Below, piece after piece: positions 28,501 to 43,026 of a stretch of DNA of 64,000 bases. Position 1 is the first letter of the stretch; the number at the start of each line of letters is the position of its first letter. Both the position numbers and the translations under genes were made by a program. The stretch lies in assembly GCA_965153285.1 (NCBI GenBank), contig OZ229110.1. One strand, written 5' to 3'. The notes beneath the pieces were generated by a model, which saw only the letters and a program-made list of their open reading frames with translations, ran no database searches and was not told the origin of the DNA. The DNA comes from Podarcis tiliguerta (taxonomy: Eukaryota).

Positions 28501-28927
28501 CAGATGTGGAGAACGGTGATAAAGGATTCTTTTATCTCAGTGCAAATAACAGGTGCTAAGAGAATATAATAGTATAGGGTCATGTTCAGAAGGAAGTGTA
28601 GGGTGTTCCTTCCTCGGGGATTCAGATTACAGGCAATGTGAACAAACGGCTCTTCCGTTCTATCTTTAGAATTCTGAAATTGGTCATTAATCTGTTTTAA
28701 AATGCAAAGGTATCCCCATAATACTTCAAAGAATAAACTGCAGTAAAATAGGGGAGACTTCAGGAAGCATATGTGATTATGGCTGCTTATATAATAAATG
28801 CCTTTGTTCAATTCCCCCACCCCAATGATGATAATGTGAGTGCCACACTGTTTAGCAGTTTGCAGATTGACCTTGACGACTATAGAAATATTAATGGATT
28901 TCCCCTCCCTTTTTCTGTTAGCACCTC

Positions 28928-28933
28928 ACAACA

Positions 28934-28989
<56 letters not shown>
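28928..28989. repeat. Compound (AC)n(AG)n microsatellite
   Basis: Direct inspection. Other (AC/GT)n tracts at about 13944-13976, 21794-21816, 26989-27028, 30324-30362 and 34223-34253. Confidence 0.95.
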
Positions 28990-28993
<4 letters not shown>

Positions 28994-30322
28994 ATCTAGC
29001 ACTGGAAAATTGAAGCTCCTGATGCAGAGTGGCACCTAGTGGCACTAGGAATCATTTGCTGCTAAATTGCACAAACATTTTTTTTAAAAAATAGTATCTT
29101 GTGCTTTGCATTGGAATACATTAGCTGTGCACAGAAAGCAAAGCCGTGTTTACTTAGAAAGGTTTGTCACAATGACTCAATTTCAGTAAGTGAACTTGAT
29201 TAAGAGAGCAGCCATTGTTCTAGAGAGAAATGAACACTTGGCAACACATTACTCCACCCAGCCTCAAAAACGAGCTCACTTCTTAGAAAGATGGCATCTC
29301 TGTTCAACAGAGCATTTAAGCATATGGCTTGTTCAAATGCACTCCTCCTATCAACTGCCATGAGGCTCATTTCCGTCTGTGAGCGCCTTGGCAAACCTGG
29401 AGCTTGAGATTTTAGCCCTTTCCAAACTGACAAATACAATTAGGTTCAGAGTTTCAGATTGGTTAGGCTGCATGTGTTCATTCCTCCCAGTGCCACACAG
29501 CTGCTTTTCCTGTGCTAAGTATTTCCTGCGGGAAATACTTAGGACTCCCCCTATATTATGTGAGCAGGTGATGGTGTAAGGTGCTTATTCATGGTGAGAT
29601 TCTGTACACTGGAAACAGCTGGGGCTGGCATGGTACGGTGGAGCTGCCCTAACACCAGCAAAGCTGCAGCTTTCCTTGATGGGATGCCACAGGACATGGT
29701 GATGCCAAGTCATGGCTGCATGGATGAACCAGCAGAGCCATTCTAGTCTCCTACCAGGGCATCAACACAGCCTTGACCTGGCTCTACCTTACACCACCCA
29801 GGTAAGCTGCAGCATCACCAGTGTTGGGATGACAGCTCTGACCCAGCAAACTGGCTGCTACTGACTGGAACCACCTGGGCGAGGTCAACTGCATGGGCCT
29901 CTTTGCTTCCTCACCCAGATGATTCTGAAATACATATACTTGCCATTTCAGCATGATAGCTCACTGCAAAGCAGCTGTCATACTGCCTAACTTACTAAGT
30001 TAAAGTAAGTCATTAACTACAGGCAGGACTGCAGCTACTGCAATATGAAGCGTCTGTCATTTAACCTATGATGAAACTGAAGCTTACAACAGAAAAACAA
30101 CAATCCTATATTTATATATATACTTTGCATCCTTGTTTGGTTCATACTTGCACACAGTATAATTTCATTAATGCATGAGTGAGAACATCGAGCACAACCA
30201 CTGAAATTTATTTCAAAATAGATAGGAGCTATGCAAGAGCAAGTTCCTTCATTTCAGTGCATTTCAATAGGGCTTGTTTTGGAGAATTTATTGGTGCCTC
30301 ATCATCCCCATCTAGACAAGTT

Positions 30323-30364
<42 letters not shown>

Positions 30365-30991
30365 TATGAAATAACAGAAAACAAGGATCAGAAATAAAGG
30401 GAAAGCAGCCATCTAATGAATAAAGATTATTCTGTGACACTAGAAGCTTGGATAAGTTACACTGCAGTATTTGGCAGAGCAATCTTTACGGAGGAGCAGA
30501 ATGATGGATCCATCATCAGCTCCAAAGTCTTTCAGCTTGCACTGGCCAGAGTGGAAGATTGTGGTGGTGTTTCCTGTAATTCCAAGCTTGTGTAGAAGAG
30601 AAGCCCCAAACACAGGGATCCATGGGTTTTGGATCCAGTGTGTTCAAGGCTACAACACCCTGCTCCACCACACCCAGTGGCTTTCCCATTGGCTACAGCT
30701 GGAAGTAGTTTTCCATCTGACTAAATAAAACAAGGACATCTCCCCACCCTGCTATGGTGGAGCTCCCCCCTCCCCAGTTAAAACCCACCTGGTGGCACTT
30801 GTCTCCACCTATGCCGGCTGGAAGAGAGCTAAATACATGCAATCCTACTCCCATTGGTGAATGTGGGTATGATTGTTCTCTAAATACATTGTAGAGATCT
30901 CTTTTTGTTTCATTTGAAAATAGCAGGTTTAACTAACAGATGCTGCGGCTATTATTGCATGATTAGCAGTGAGGAAGAAGAAAAAGTGTCA

Positions 30992-31198
<207 letters not shown>

Positions 31199-31884
31199 CT
31201 AGGCTGCAGCTTACAAAATAGCTATTGTGATCTCCCTTGTGTCTAATTATGGGAACAGACACTCTGACTTGTCAGCCCAACTCTTCAAGAGGCATTCTAA
31301 CCATATGGTATAATGTGGGTTGTTATATAGATAGCCATCCTAATAAATTATTTACACTCACAAAATTGGTACTGTAATAAATATTAAATATACTTCTGGC
31401 TTTTCCTCCCATATTTCGAAACACAAAAGATAAAGCCTATGCCATTTTACTTGCTACAGTTCTGCAGGATCATATATTTCTTTTTCTCATTTTCTCCCTA
31501 AAGAAAATGTGGTGTTCCTTGTTGTGGCAATGAAGATTCATGAAAACTTAATTGAAATGAATGGAAATTACATACAACAGCAATGTTTGTGGAATTGCTC
31601 CCTTGAAAGCAAACTTTTAAAAAACACAATCATTCCCCCTCCCAGTCCCTGAAAACACATAGCTCTATTAGTCAGGCTGGTAATGATTCTACTGTAACTG
31701 GTGAAATCAGAATAATTGTTGTGTCCAGGTTTTGTTTGTTGTTCTTGGTTGTTAACATCCCCTCTATAGACAAATAGGTGGGGTAGAAGCTGGGAGAAAG
31801 GCTTCTAAAACAAAGGTCAGGGTGTGCAAGATAATATTTTATGTATTTATTTAACACAATGCAAATCCTATCAAAGTTCCTGCT

Positions 31885-32709
31885 CTGGATGGGGTTACAG
31901 TGCTCCTGAAGGTGCAGGTTTGTAGCTTGGAGGTACTCCTGAATCCTCTGCTGTCGCTTGAGGCTCAGATCGCCTCAGTGGCCCTAAGTGTCTTTCATCA
32001 GCTTCAGCTGGTGGCTCAGCTACTCCAGTATCTGGACAGGGATAGCCTAACCACTGTCGTCTATGCTCTGGTAACCTCAAGGTTAGATTACTGCAATGCA
32101 TTATACGTAGGGCTATACGTAGGGTTCAGAAACTTCAGCCTGTGCAGAATTCAGCGCCCAGGTTGCTCACCAGAGCAAGACGGTTTGAGCAAATTACACC
32201 AATCCTGGTCCGACTGCATTGGCTACCAATTAGTTTTCAGGCCCAATTCAAAGCGCTGGCTTTGAGCTATAAAGCCATAAACAGCTCAGGACCACAATAC
32301 CTCAAGGACCGCCTCTTCCCATATGAACCTACTGGACCCTGAGATCATCTTCTGAGGCCCTTCTTCGTGAACCTCTTCCTCGGGAGGTCAGGAGGGTGGC
32401 AACATGAGAATGGGCCTTCTCTGCAGTGGCTCCCTGTCTGTGGAATGTTCTCCCCAGGGAAGTTCACCTGGTGCCTTCACTGTACACCTTTAGGCGCCCG
32501 GCAAAAATGTTCATTTTTAACCAGGCCATTGCCTGACTTGATCTACATCCTATACCCTTTTTAAAATGCTGGCTCTTTTGGGGGGGGGTATTGATGTTGT
32601 TGTTTTGATTATATGTATTGGATATTTTATGTGAACCGCCCTGAGACCCTTGGGTATAGGGCGGTATAGAAATTAAAAAATAAATGAATGAATGAATGAA
32701 TGAATGAAT
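31885..32709 (+). mobile_element. L2/CR1-group LINE 3' fragment
   Basis: Frameshifted ORF2 C-terminus with ALVTSRLDYCNALYVGL...QNSAPRLLT...ITPILVRLHWLPI. 3' UTR ends in an (aatg)n tail. Confidence 0.88.
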
Positions 32710-34220
32710 ATTGTTGCATGTCCCCCCCCCCCCCGATCTCCAAACTTAGTGAGATTCCTTTTGGGATGAGGCACAGTGGTGTCTTCATAGGACCCAACTC
32801 CTAGGGGCCGAGGTCACATCAGCCCCCCCTAAAATGTTTGAGCCGCCCCCCAAGTTGGTACGCTTTGCCATTCAAATAATGTGCATGCGTCACATCTTGT
32901 GATCAATTATGCAAGGCGGGGTTTACCTGCCCCACCCCCCAAAAAATTCATTCAAATTGGCACCCCGGGTGGCTTTATGATATATGGTTTACAAATTTAT
33001 ACACACTGAGCCTATGGTGGAGGCGTTCACAGCATTAACACCCCAAAAGGGTCTTGTTTCTCCCATAGTTGCAGCCTTGAATTCAAACAGAAATCAAATA
33101 TTCCTCCGCTTCTCTTTATCTCTCTCTCTCTCTCTGGATTGCTGCTTTTCTTCTTACCCACATCCCTGCAAATTCTGGCTTTGCCCTTCTAACTATCCAG
33201 AAGTTGGGGGATTTATCATCTCACACAGGGCTCCTTTCCTTTGTTGCCCATAATGGCCCATCACCTAGGCGAACACCTCATCAGGAAGTTAGCCTGGCTT
33301 ATATTTTAACACTTGCTGGATCCAGGAGTTAGAAGGAATTCGAGGCATAGTCTACTTCCTCCCTCCCCCCCCCAAAAAACCCCTTGTAACACTATCTTGG
33401 ATATAACATATTGACTTCACTATTAAAAAGTGGGTGTCAAGGACTGAAATTTAGTTGAATATTAACTAAAATGCCAACAAAAATTACTAGATAAAACACC
33501 AACAACAAATTCATCCAGAAAAATATTCCCCAGTATCAATAGAACTGTTTCCCTTGACGTCAGTAATGAAGTCAGGACTGTAATTCTCACATTATTTCAG
33601 TCCATTGCCTCTTTTGTTTGCTATGCCTTCACAAGATTGCCACATTATCTAGTTTGTTGCACGAGTTCTATGCACACAGCAGGTGCCTTCTGTCTTAATA
33701 AAAAGGGACTAATATTGATTTGGTGCAGCTTTCTTTTCAAACGTGCAATACAGCAGCGCAGCACCATTTTGCACTAGATAACAATTGGACAGCGTGATTC
33801 CCCCCCCCCCACACACCTTTTCATAGCTATTCCTCACACTGCTATTCCTTACTACTGCCTGGTAACAGATTTGTCTCATAAAACCCCCCACAAAACATTG
33901 AAAAACTGCCACTGTCATGAAATATTCACTTGTTAAGGAATCCCCACTCTCCCACCTTGAAACAAAATGAAATGTGTAACTTCTCTGTTTTGGTGTTTAG
34001 GTCCCCTCCAAGTAAAAACAGAACACAAGGCTTTAGCTAGTCACACTGAATATACTGTAGTGGGATTTACTTCTGCATAACACCGAACTAGCAGGTTGCA
34101 ATCCAAGAACTCAGCAGGGCTTTCTTTTGATTAGAAATGTACAGTATAGGATTGTACCATTCTATCCAGGCATTCTGTTCCTTCATATGATAGGAGGGGA
34201 GCAGGGATGAACATGCTAGC

Positions 34221-34254
<34 letters not shown>

Positions 34255-36021
34255 ATCCCCATCACCTTCCATGCACTGGAGAGATAACCTTTGAATCAAG
34301 GAACATTTTCCACCCTGTAGGAACCCCAGGTTTTTTTTGGGGGGGGGGTATAAATTCTGGGCAGAACAGACTCCCTGCTGCAGATATATGCTCTGAATTC
34401 AAGGAGGGTGGTGAGGACAGCAGTAAGGGGCTGAGCTAGCATATTTCTCTCGTCTCCCCCTTTCTATTCTAATCACAAGAAGGAATAGAATGTCCAAAGA
34501 GAGATAGAATCACTTGTGAAACACCTTTAGACATTGCCACAAAGGACATATAAAATGGATGAGAATATGTCATTTCCAAATTCCAGTAGGAGATCAAAAT
34601 TCCATCTTGGGAACAAGACAGTATGACCAATTCCAACACTGGACTTTTTAGGGCCATATCTAAATATCTAAACCTGTCATTCCATATCTTTGCTTCCTAT
34701 AACTCTTTGTTTTCCTTCTCAGCATGGGAAAGGGTACAAGTCCACAAGAAAGTGAAGGCCAAAGGTAGGAGGTGAAGAAATCAGTCTCCTTCCATCCATG
34801 GAGTTGGAAGGATGACAACGATTGGCGTTTGTGTAGGAGCAATTATGTGACAGGCTTACAAACAGCACTACACAGTATGAGTGTTGGTTAATTGCAGATA
34901 AACAATAGACATAGGAACAGGGAGTATTTGTGAGGAATGACTTGGTGAGGAATGACTTTTGGTAGACAGGATCCATCTTGTCTATACTGAACTGCCTTGG
35001 CATGCAACGGTTCATAATTTAAACTAAATAAAAGTACAAAATACAGATATAAGAGCAGAAATGAACAAGAGCGCAATTTTACTTCTCTCTCCTGAGGCTA
35101 TTCTTGCAGAAAGAAACTAACTGAGCATTCATTGTGTCCTTAAGGAAGAATAAAAATAAAGATAGTTTTGATTATTCTGGCAAGGGTGCAGAGAGAAGTG
35201 GATGAAAGCAATTTAGTTTAAAAATGATTCTTTTTTCCCACTGGCTTATAGTTCTTTGTGCATTGCCTTGCATTTCACAATAAAGTAAATGAGGATTATG
35301 CATGCGATTTATGACATGCAGTGTGAAGCCCTAATAGCGCCTTACTAATCATTCACTCTTAATCTGAGAAAATGGCAAATTAATGTTTTTTGTGTATGCA
35401 TGTGGAATGCTTGCCAGTTTGGGGTAGGATTACAATACAGAACTAATGAAACAATCCTTAGAAAAGGTTTTTTCCCCTCTTTTCTAATTTAAAAACTGGA
35501 GAGCTCAGTGAATAGAACATGTAACTAGAACTAAATACCCAAAGACAACCTGCTTATTGTTGTTATTTTAAAAATAGTAAATACACAGAGAAATATGTTA
35601 CTCAAGTGGTAAACTAGTGATTGTGTTAAGAGACATAACACATCAAGCTGAAAGCGTATTTGGAGAGAAAAAGAGAAATGGCACTGCAAGTTTAGGTAGC
35701 ACCTCTGAAGGCTACAATCCTAACTGCATTTTCCAGGGGGTGAACCTCACTGAATCCAGTAGAAGCTACTCCTGAGTAGACATGGCTCAGAATGCATTGT
35801 TAAGGATGCTTCTACCAGTTGCTCTAAGAATGCCTTTTAACCTGGAATGTATCACTTTCAGAAGTTGTTTATGCACTATTAAAAAGAGAAGAGAAGCGAG
35901 CTGGTGAAAAATTGATTTTCAACTAAGCAATGTGAGAGATTTAAAACAACAAAAAACATCCTTTGTGACCTGTACAAGAACGCTTAGCCAACCCCCCCCC
36001 CCAAGTAAATTCAGAAGAAAT

Positions 36022-36151
36022 GTATTCTCAAAGCTACAAACATGAGCCTGACCAAACTGCGGGAGGCAGTGGAAGACAGGAGTGCCTGGCGTGCTCTGGT
36101 CCATGGGGTCACGAAGAGTCGGACACGACTGAACGACTAAACAACAACAAC
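36022..36151 (+). mobile_element. RTE/BovB-type LINE 3' end, 5'-truncated
   Basis: gcctggcgtgctctggtccatggggtcacgaagagtcggacacgactgaacgactaa followed by (caa)n, the characteristic BovB-type 3' terminus. Confidence 0.8.
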
Positions 36152-38339
36152 ACATTTTGGTGTTTTTGTTTTGACTTATATTCCACTTTGCTTCAGTTGT
36201 GGAATCCAAGGTGGCATAATCGTGGTTTCCAGGAGGTCTCCTGTCAAGGCACAGACCAGACTCAGGCCTGCTCAGCTTCAGCAAGGTTGTAGTCTTATGT
36301 GCCTTCAAGACCATACCCTGGATAAGTAAACATGCTAAGTTACATTTTACCATAAGTTAAATGTGTAATTTGACGTTGTATGGTTCTTCCTTGGAAGTTT
36401 TAAATTACAGTCACCGGTAGGGAGTGGGTGTGTCTGGTCAGAACTGGGACCACAATGACCCTTTCTCCCATGTCAAAATTCTAATAAAAATCATCTCTCT
36501 CTCTCTACCCCAAAGCTGCTATTTGACTTGGTCCAAAACACTGATCACCTATGGCTGCTTTTTAAAGTTTAGAACAACAACAACAACAACAACAATGCAA
36601 TGCTGATTAAGGTGCCTGAATAATCAAGGTATTAATTAAATAGCTGCAAAGCCCTGGTGAAATAAAAATGACTTCAAGAAATGGCTGAAAGTCAAAATTG
36701 AGGCTGCCTGTCAAATCTCTGCTGGAAGAGAGTGGGACTGGTGACACTAAATGCCTGGGCTTCTGTAACACAGGGGGCAACTAACAGCTCTCCTATAGAT
36801 GACCAGGGGAATACATTTATTCAAGTCTAAATTGATATCATAGCTTTTCTAGTTAAGGTTTATACTTTGAAGTACAGATATGCCACAAAACTGAAGCAGC
36901 TTGTTTCAAGCAGGACACCAGTTATATAGGGGCTGTGTGTGTGTGTCTGAGCTTGCGCAAGACGCAGCTTCTTTTGTACCACTAAAACTGGGCGTGCACA
37001 AGGGTAGAATTAGCATCCAGACATATCAGCTTCCATAGGCAGCATGGAACTGAGAAACTCTAATTCAGCTAAATAGCTGAAAAGGCCTATTTGTATGGAA
37101 GAAGAAAGCAGGATAGGGCATACATCCTACCCATCTTAATTTACTGCTACAACGATCAGTCTGAGCATCACCTATTATTGTGACGGACTGTCACACAGGC
37201 AGGAGCCAGGTGATAGATTTCACTGAGAACTGACAGACATTTGAAATAATGATTGCTGCTGTTCACGGGGTGTAAACACATCCCAGTTTCACCTCCAGTT
37301 AAGCAGGTGGTGCAGGTTTCTATACAGTTTCAAAAGCCTTTCTGATGGTTAAATGTGGCTGAGTTGTAAAGGCAAGCAACATAAGCATGAAGTATAAATT
37401 TATTTACAAAGAAAAGGGCTACTTGGGGATCTCAGCAGAAGAGAAATAAACAAGGAACAGACTTCTGTTTCAAATATATTTACAGTCCAAGGTTGCCAGG
37501 TATTTTATCACAAGTCACAACTTTTAGAGCTACTGTTATTTCCTAAACTTGTATCACTGACAATAAAGCAGTAGGCGTGCCAGCTTTCCTTCAAAAATAC
37601 ACATTTCAAGCCCTTTTGGATACTTAGAAAAGGTAACTGCCATAAAGGCTTGGGAATAAATACTGAATAGAAATCCAAATACATTTGCTTAGTTCATGGT
37701 TTTAACTCAGTCTCAAAGTTTAGAGCATGGGCTTAAATGGATATGAGAAAAATATGAAGGCATGGGTTTTCTTTCTGTAAATATTAAGTGTTTCACAGTA
37801 ACAACAGTCAATGTGGAGAGAGTAAGAGTAAGCAACAAATGTAAGGATTGACATTTCACTCGCGCCACTCAGTGGTCAAGACATGAATAGCACAGAAATG
37901 TTTCTTAGCAGTTTCATATTACAGATACAGAATAGGAATTGTAAGCATTTTTAAGATGTTTTAGAAAGGCTTTCTTCCCCCTGCAGACATGCTGTTTTAT
38001 CTGCTTAGTAAACACATTACACTAAGAGAGCAACACTTGCTTAAAGCATCACTTTTTAAAGGGTGGAAGAACACCTGGTTGTTTTACAAAGCAACAAGTG
38101 TACACTTTTACACATACAAACACTTGTACATATGTCAAGACAGCTTGTACCTGTGTTAAGTGTAACTTGTGGACAGACCTCACAATACAATATTGTTCTA
38201 TAAGCTTCCTTGTGAGACAAAATTGGAAGGGCCAAACAACACGTACTGTTGCATCATATCCTATGTATGAGTCTCCCAGAATTATCAGTGGAAAAGAGGC
38301 TGCTGAACTAAATAAACCTTTAGTCTGATGCTCTAGAAT

Positions 38340-38477
38340 AGAGATGGGGAACCTAATGCCCTCCAGGTGTTGCTAGATGACAACTCCCACCATCCCTAAT
38401 CATGGACCATGCTGGCTGGGGCTGATGGGAGTTGGAACCCATCATCATCTGGAAGGACACAGGTTCCCCATCCCTGC
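38340..38477. mobile_element. Palindromic hAT-like MITE copy
   Basis: gatggggaacct...ccctccag...caactcccaccatcc / gatgggagttg...catctgga...aggttccccatccctg forms an inverted-repeat structure. Confidence 0.75.
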
Positions 38478-40160
38478 TCTAGGTTTCTTATGTTCCCAGA
38501 CATTAAAGGGCAGTAAAAGTGTTTAGTTTATTACAATATTTTTACCACCATGGGGATACACTATCTGTCTCTGTTGCCTCAGGCCCCAAAATGTCTTGGA
38601 CTGTTATTCAAAAGCCTATGATGTAAATAACCTGAAGTGCTGTGAACTTAGTCCAAAGCTGTCAGGGGATGGAGAATTCAGATACGCTTGTTACTAATAA
38701 TTAGTCATCTTAAGATTGCAAGGTATTAGGGTTAATGCAGCTATGGCAATGGCACTTGGAAAAGGCCAGGGCTGGATAGCACAGAAGGCATTGCAAGTCA
38801 AAGGCTGGCAGGTGACTTGCAGACTGGTGCGATAGCACAGCAGGTCACCCAATGGCATCAACACAGAGAGGAATATGTTTAAAGATGGTTTGTCCTTCAA
38901 ATTTCAAATTTAGACAAATCCTTATATATGGCAAACTATGGCAACTGCTCGGTAAAACTAAAATTAGGCTAGGTTTTCCTAATATACGTACAATTATGAT
39001 AGAAATCATATGTGAAGACCAGTGACTGAAGTGCTACAAGAAGTGTCTTATTCTACCTCACAGACATATACATACATGCACATGCACAACCCTGAATGCA
39101 CTTGCAAAACTATCAGCTGATCCATTGAGGTGGAGGAGGAAGGGCAGCGAGGAAGATAATCTACACTCACACGAACTGTTGAATGCCACTTTGTGAATGT
39201 TTTCCCATCATAGTTATTAATCTCATGATGGAAAACATAACATCAGCACAGACTCTGAAAGGACATACTGAGAGCTAGAAAAGAACAGAACTGTCTGATC
39301 CTATCACTAGGAGACCAAATGTTGTAGAGTAATAATTTTTAAGCACTTTACCAATTAAATGTGCCAAGTTGTAATAATGTGTATGTGAGGGAAAGTAAGG
39401 GGTTTGACATACAGTCAAGATTCAGAGGCAGTTCTGGTTCAAGGCATTTTGCAGCCTAAATGGGGGCCAAATGGCCTAGAATCATTACAAGTGCTGCTGC
39501 ACCATTCAGACACCAATGCTGCTTTCATCCATTTCCCCTCCACCCAGCCATACCGGCCTCAAGCAGACTTCTCTTCTGTGCTTTTCTTCTAGAAAAAAAG
39601 GTGCCAGTACTGCATACCCTTGAGTACCCCCAGAAAAAAGCTGTTATTCTGCAGGAATTCCTGTCAACACAAGGAGAGTCAATATATTTCAGGGATTTTG
39701 TATTATGGTACCATCAGTGACCACTGTGCTGGGTTGAGTTGCATAGACAAAAATAGAGAGATTCCTACCCTCAAGGCACTGTCAATGGAGAACAGTGATG
39801 TTGCTGATGGAAATGAAGAGTGATTAAGTGGGAAAGGGATTCGAAGGACACGTTGAGTATGTCATGACGAGAAGACATGGAAGCAGACTTATCAGATGGA
39901 TTGGGTATACAGGACTGGACAGAGGGACAGTTCTGGGGCAGAGAGGTATAATTAGGTGTCATCGTTATACTGGTGGTTGTAAAATCCATGACATTTGCTG
40001 TGATGACTCAAGGCAGTGTACAGGGGGCACAGTGAAGACCAAGAGCAGACCCCTGAAGTAGCCAGACAGAGTGGGGTGAAGCAGATGAGCACCCCACAAG
40101 TGGCATTATTGAGTAAGCAAACTGACAGGAAGAGAACAAAACTGTGAAAGCCGAAAGGAA

Positions 40161-40285
40161 GGGTGATAGCTCAGTGGTAGAGCACATGTTGTTGCATGCA
40201 AAAAGTCCATAGTCAGTCCCTAGCATCTAGGAAAAACCCTCTCACCCAAGGCTCAGGAGAACCACTGTAGACAATGCTGAGCTAT
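40161..40285 (+). mobile_element. Degenerate tRNA-derived SINE
   Basis: Head gatagctcagtggtagagcacatg...tgcatgcaaaaagtcc (A box) and body gtagacaatgctgagcta. Related minus-strand remnants at ~12580-12772 and ~19010-19160. Confidence 0.6.
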
Positions 40286-41494
40286 TTAATTCTACGTTCC
40301 TAAGGTATGAAAGTAGTCAGGATGAAGGTCAGATGTATAGAAGGTAGCAGAAAGATCAAGTGGGACAAGGTTAGAATATAGACTTTTGAATCTGATAGCA
40401 AGAAAACCACTTGTAATGTTGGCTGGACAGTTTAAGTGGAGGACAATGAGAGAGATGAAGAGTGGGATTTGGAAAAAGAAAATGAAGACAGAAAGAGTGA
40501 AGAGCAAGAGTGAGACAAAGGGAAGAAGCAAGACTGGTCAGTTTTTTCCAGGGTAAGGATGGGTCAATATTTTTTAGAGAAAGGAAGTATGAACTACTAA
40601 CTCTCTCAGATTATTTTGGGTCGCTCAGCTCAGCTCTCTTATGCTTATGCTTAACAGAGCTGTGAAATCCACCAACTCATCCCTGAATGTTGCTTGATAA
40701 TCTGTCTCAGGATGAAAGAGAGAAGAGTCAGGAACTCCTGACTCTACTGAACTCTTGATCTTTTGAAACTTTCAGTTTCCAATTTACCAGTTAAACATGT
40801 AAGCAAACCAGCTTAGCTGACTCTCAACAATCCCTTAGCAGAGCTGGAGGAAATGGCTAGCCAGGAATGCTCTGCTAGAGGCAGGAATAGCACCCGGTTT
40901 GTATTCTCTCTAAGTGCGAGTTTCTTATAGCTTGTAAGGATGCTGTTTTATGAGAATTCTTTCCACTTCCAGCTAGGTCTGTAATGTGTTTCTATTACAA
41001 TAAAATAGCACAAAGGGGCAATACAAATCTTATAAGCGGGTCTTAAAGTTGAAACGCCTCGCAATATATCCAGCGAGTATTCAATTCATTTACAGTAAGT
41101 CAAACTGGAAGATGTAAAGAGAGATGCCTGACACTTTAATGCTTCCTTCTTGAGACATACAGCAGTACGCAATCACCCATTTCATAAACAACATCTGGTG
41201 CAGCGATTTGGGATGTTGCAGTTGCTGTTGTTAAAAGGTACAGGCAGAGAGAGAGAAGAACCTCACTCCATCACAAATCTACAGACTACACAATCCTGTT
41301 ATGGATATTCCCCACTTCTGACTCAGAGATCTGTCAGCAGCTTATTTTGTTCCAAATTTTATTGGATGAGGACACATATGGCTTCCGTTGGTTTCCATGG
41401 AAACAGGCTGCGAGCATCAATTGGTTTCCAAACATGACTTGGTTCCTTTACCAATAGGAATAGCTGATTGTGAGAAACTGGCAATTTCTTAGAA

Positions 41495-41833
41495 CAGACT
41501 TCCCCAAACTAATGTTCTCCAGATGTCCTGGACTACAATTCCCATCATGGAGGATAAGGCTATCCATGGCTACTTGCCACAATGGCTATGTTCCACCTCC
41601 ACTGTCAGAGGCAGTATGCTTCTGGGAATCTCAAGTGGGGACAGGGTGGCTGCACTCAGGTCCTGCTTTCGGGTTTCCCACAGGCAACTGGTTAGCCACT
41701 GTAAATACAGCAAGCTGGACTAGATAGGCCATTGGCCTGATCCTCTTCTTACATTGATATGCCTGATCATTGGCCATGCTGGCTGGGGCTGTAGACCAAC
41801 AACATCTGAAGAGCACCAGGTTGGGAAAAGCTG
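41495..41833. mobile_element. Palindromic hAT-like MITE interrupted by a CR1-like 3' fragment (~41547-41760)
   Basis: Left arm ...ccagatgtcctggactacaattcccatcat and right arm gatcattggccatgctggctggggctg...catctgaag...ggttgggaaaagctg enclose ggaggataaggctatccatggctac...gctggactagataggccattggcctgatcc, which also occurs at ~3237. Confidence 0.65.
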
Positions 41834-42659
41834 TCTTAAATGGTGAAACCATATTTGTCATACATGGTACAGCCTCAGTTATCCAGATCTATCATTTCTT
41901 CTTACGAGATCCAGTGCCTGGATTCTGGCAGTGAGACTCAAAGGCTTACTCTCCCTGTGCATATAGCATATTGCTAAAGGAAGGGTTGTTGCCCTGCTAT
42001 CTCTTACTCTTCAGCACTACTGCTGTGGGTGGCCAGCTACTAACCCAGTAGGGTTCATTTGATGAGAGGCATCAAAAGTACGATAAACAATGGCTTGGGC
42101 TACTCAATCACAACAACTTATCACTCAGGCATTGGCTGAGCTGATCTCAGACTGCCTCTCCCTGCTTGTCACAGTTCAGTTACTAGCTTGCCTTCGGGAA
42201 TCATTTTACATTCCCAGCAATTTTCTAGATTGCCTGTAATCCAGTCAACACTGCCTGTGTAAGCCCAGGACTTTCTCACTGCTGGCTTTGGAATGGAAAA
42301 TAACCCAAAGCGCTCATAGATCACCATCTGCCATAATTGACATCAAATTATTCAGAGTTATGTAAACTCTTTTAGGCTGCAAAGAGCTCCAAAAAAAGGG
42401 TGTCACCAAAACAGAAAGACAAGCAACAAAAATGGCAAATGGGACTTCATGCGTGTGTGAGATGATGCACACTGAGACAAAAGATCCCAAATAAACAGGT
42501 AGTGACTGGCTAGAAAAGTGCTCTTGTCAGTAAAAACAAACATAGTGTACAGTATCAGTGAAAATGCTATGCTGCAAATCCTTAAGAAAGGGAGTGAAAA
42601 TAAAAGGGCCTGTGGAAACAATAGATCAGTCAATGGCTACAAGCTGTAAAGGTTATATA

Positions 42660-43026
42660 AAGGTAAAGGTAAAGGTACCCCTGCCCGTACGGGCCAGTCT
42701 TGACAGACTCTAGGGTTGTGCGCCCATCTCACTCAAAGAGGCCAAGGGCCAGCGCTGTCCGAAGACACTTCCGGGTCACGTGGCCAGCGTGACATCGCTG
42801 CTCTGGCAAGCCAGAGCCGCACACGGAAACGCCGTTTACCTTCCCGCTAGTAAGCAGTCCCTATTTATCTACTTGCACCCGGGGGTGCTTTCGAACTGCT
42901 AGGTTGGCAGGCGCTGGGACTGAACAGCGGGAGCGCACCCCGCCGCGGGGATTCGAACTGCCGACCTTTCGATCGGCAAGCCCTAGGCACTGAAGCTTTA
43001 ACCCACAGCGCCACCCGCGTCCCTAC
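42660..43026 (-). mobile_element. Full-length Sauria (Squam1-type) SINE
   Basis: Minus strand has a tRNA-like head gggacgcgggtggcgctgtgggtt...gttcgaatcccc and a (acctttaccttt) tail. 14-bp TSD gtaaaggttatata at 42646-59 and 43027-40. Confidence 0.88.

Noticed and set aside
40798-41094. Possible solo LTR (tgtaa...ttaca, AATAAA near 41000)
   Set aside because: No TSD, and the boundaries are ambiguous.
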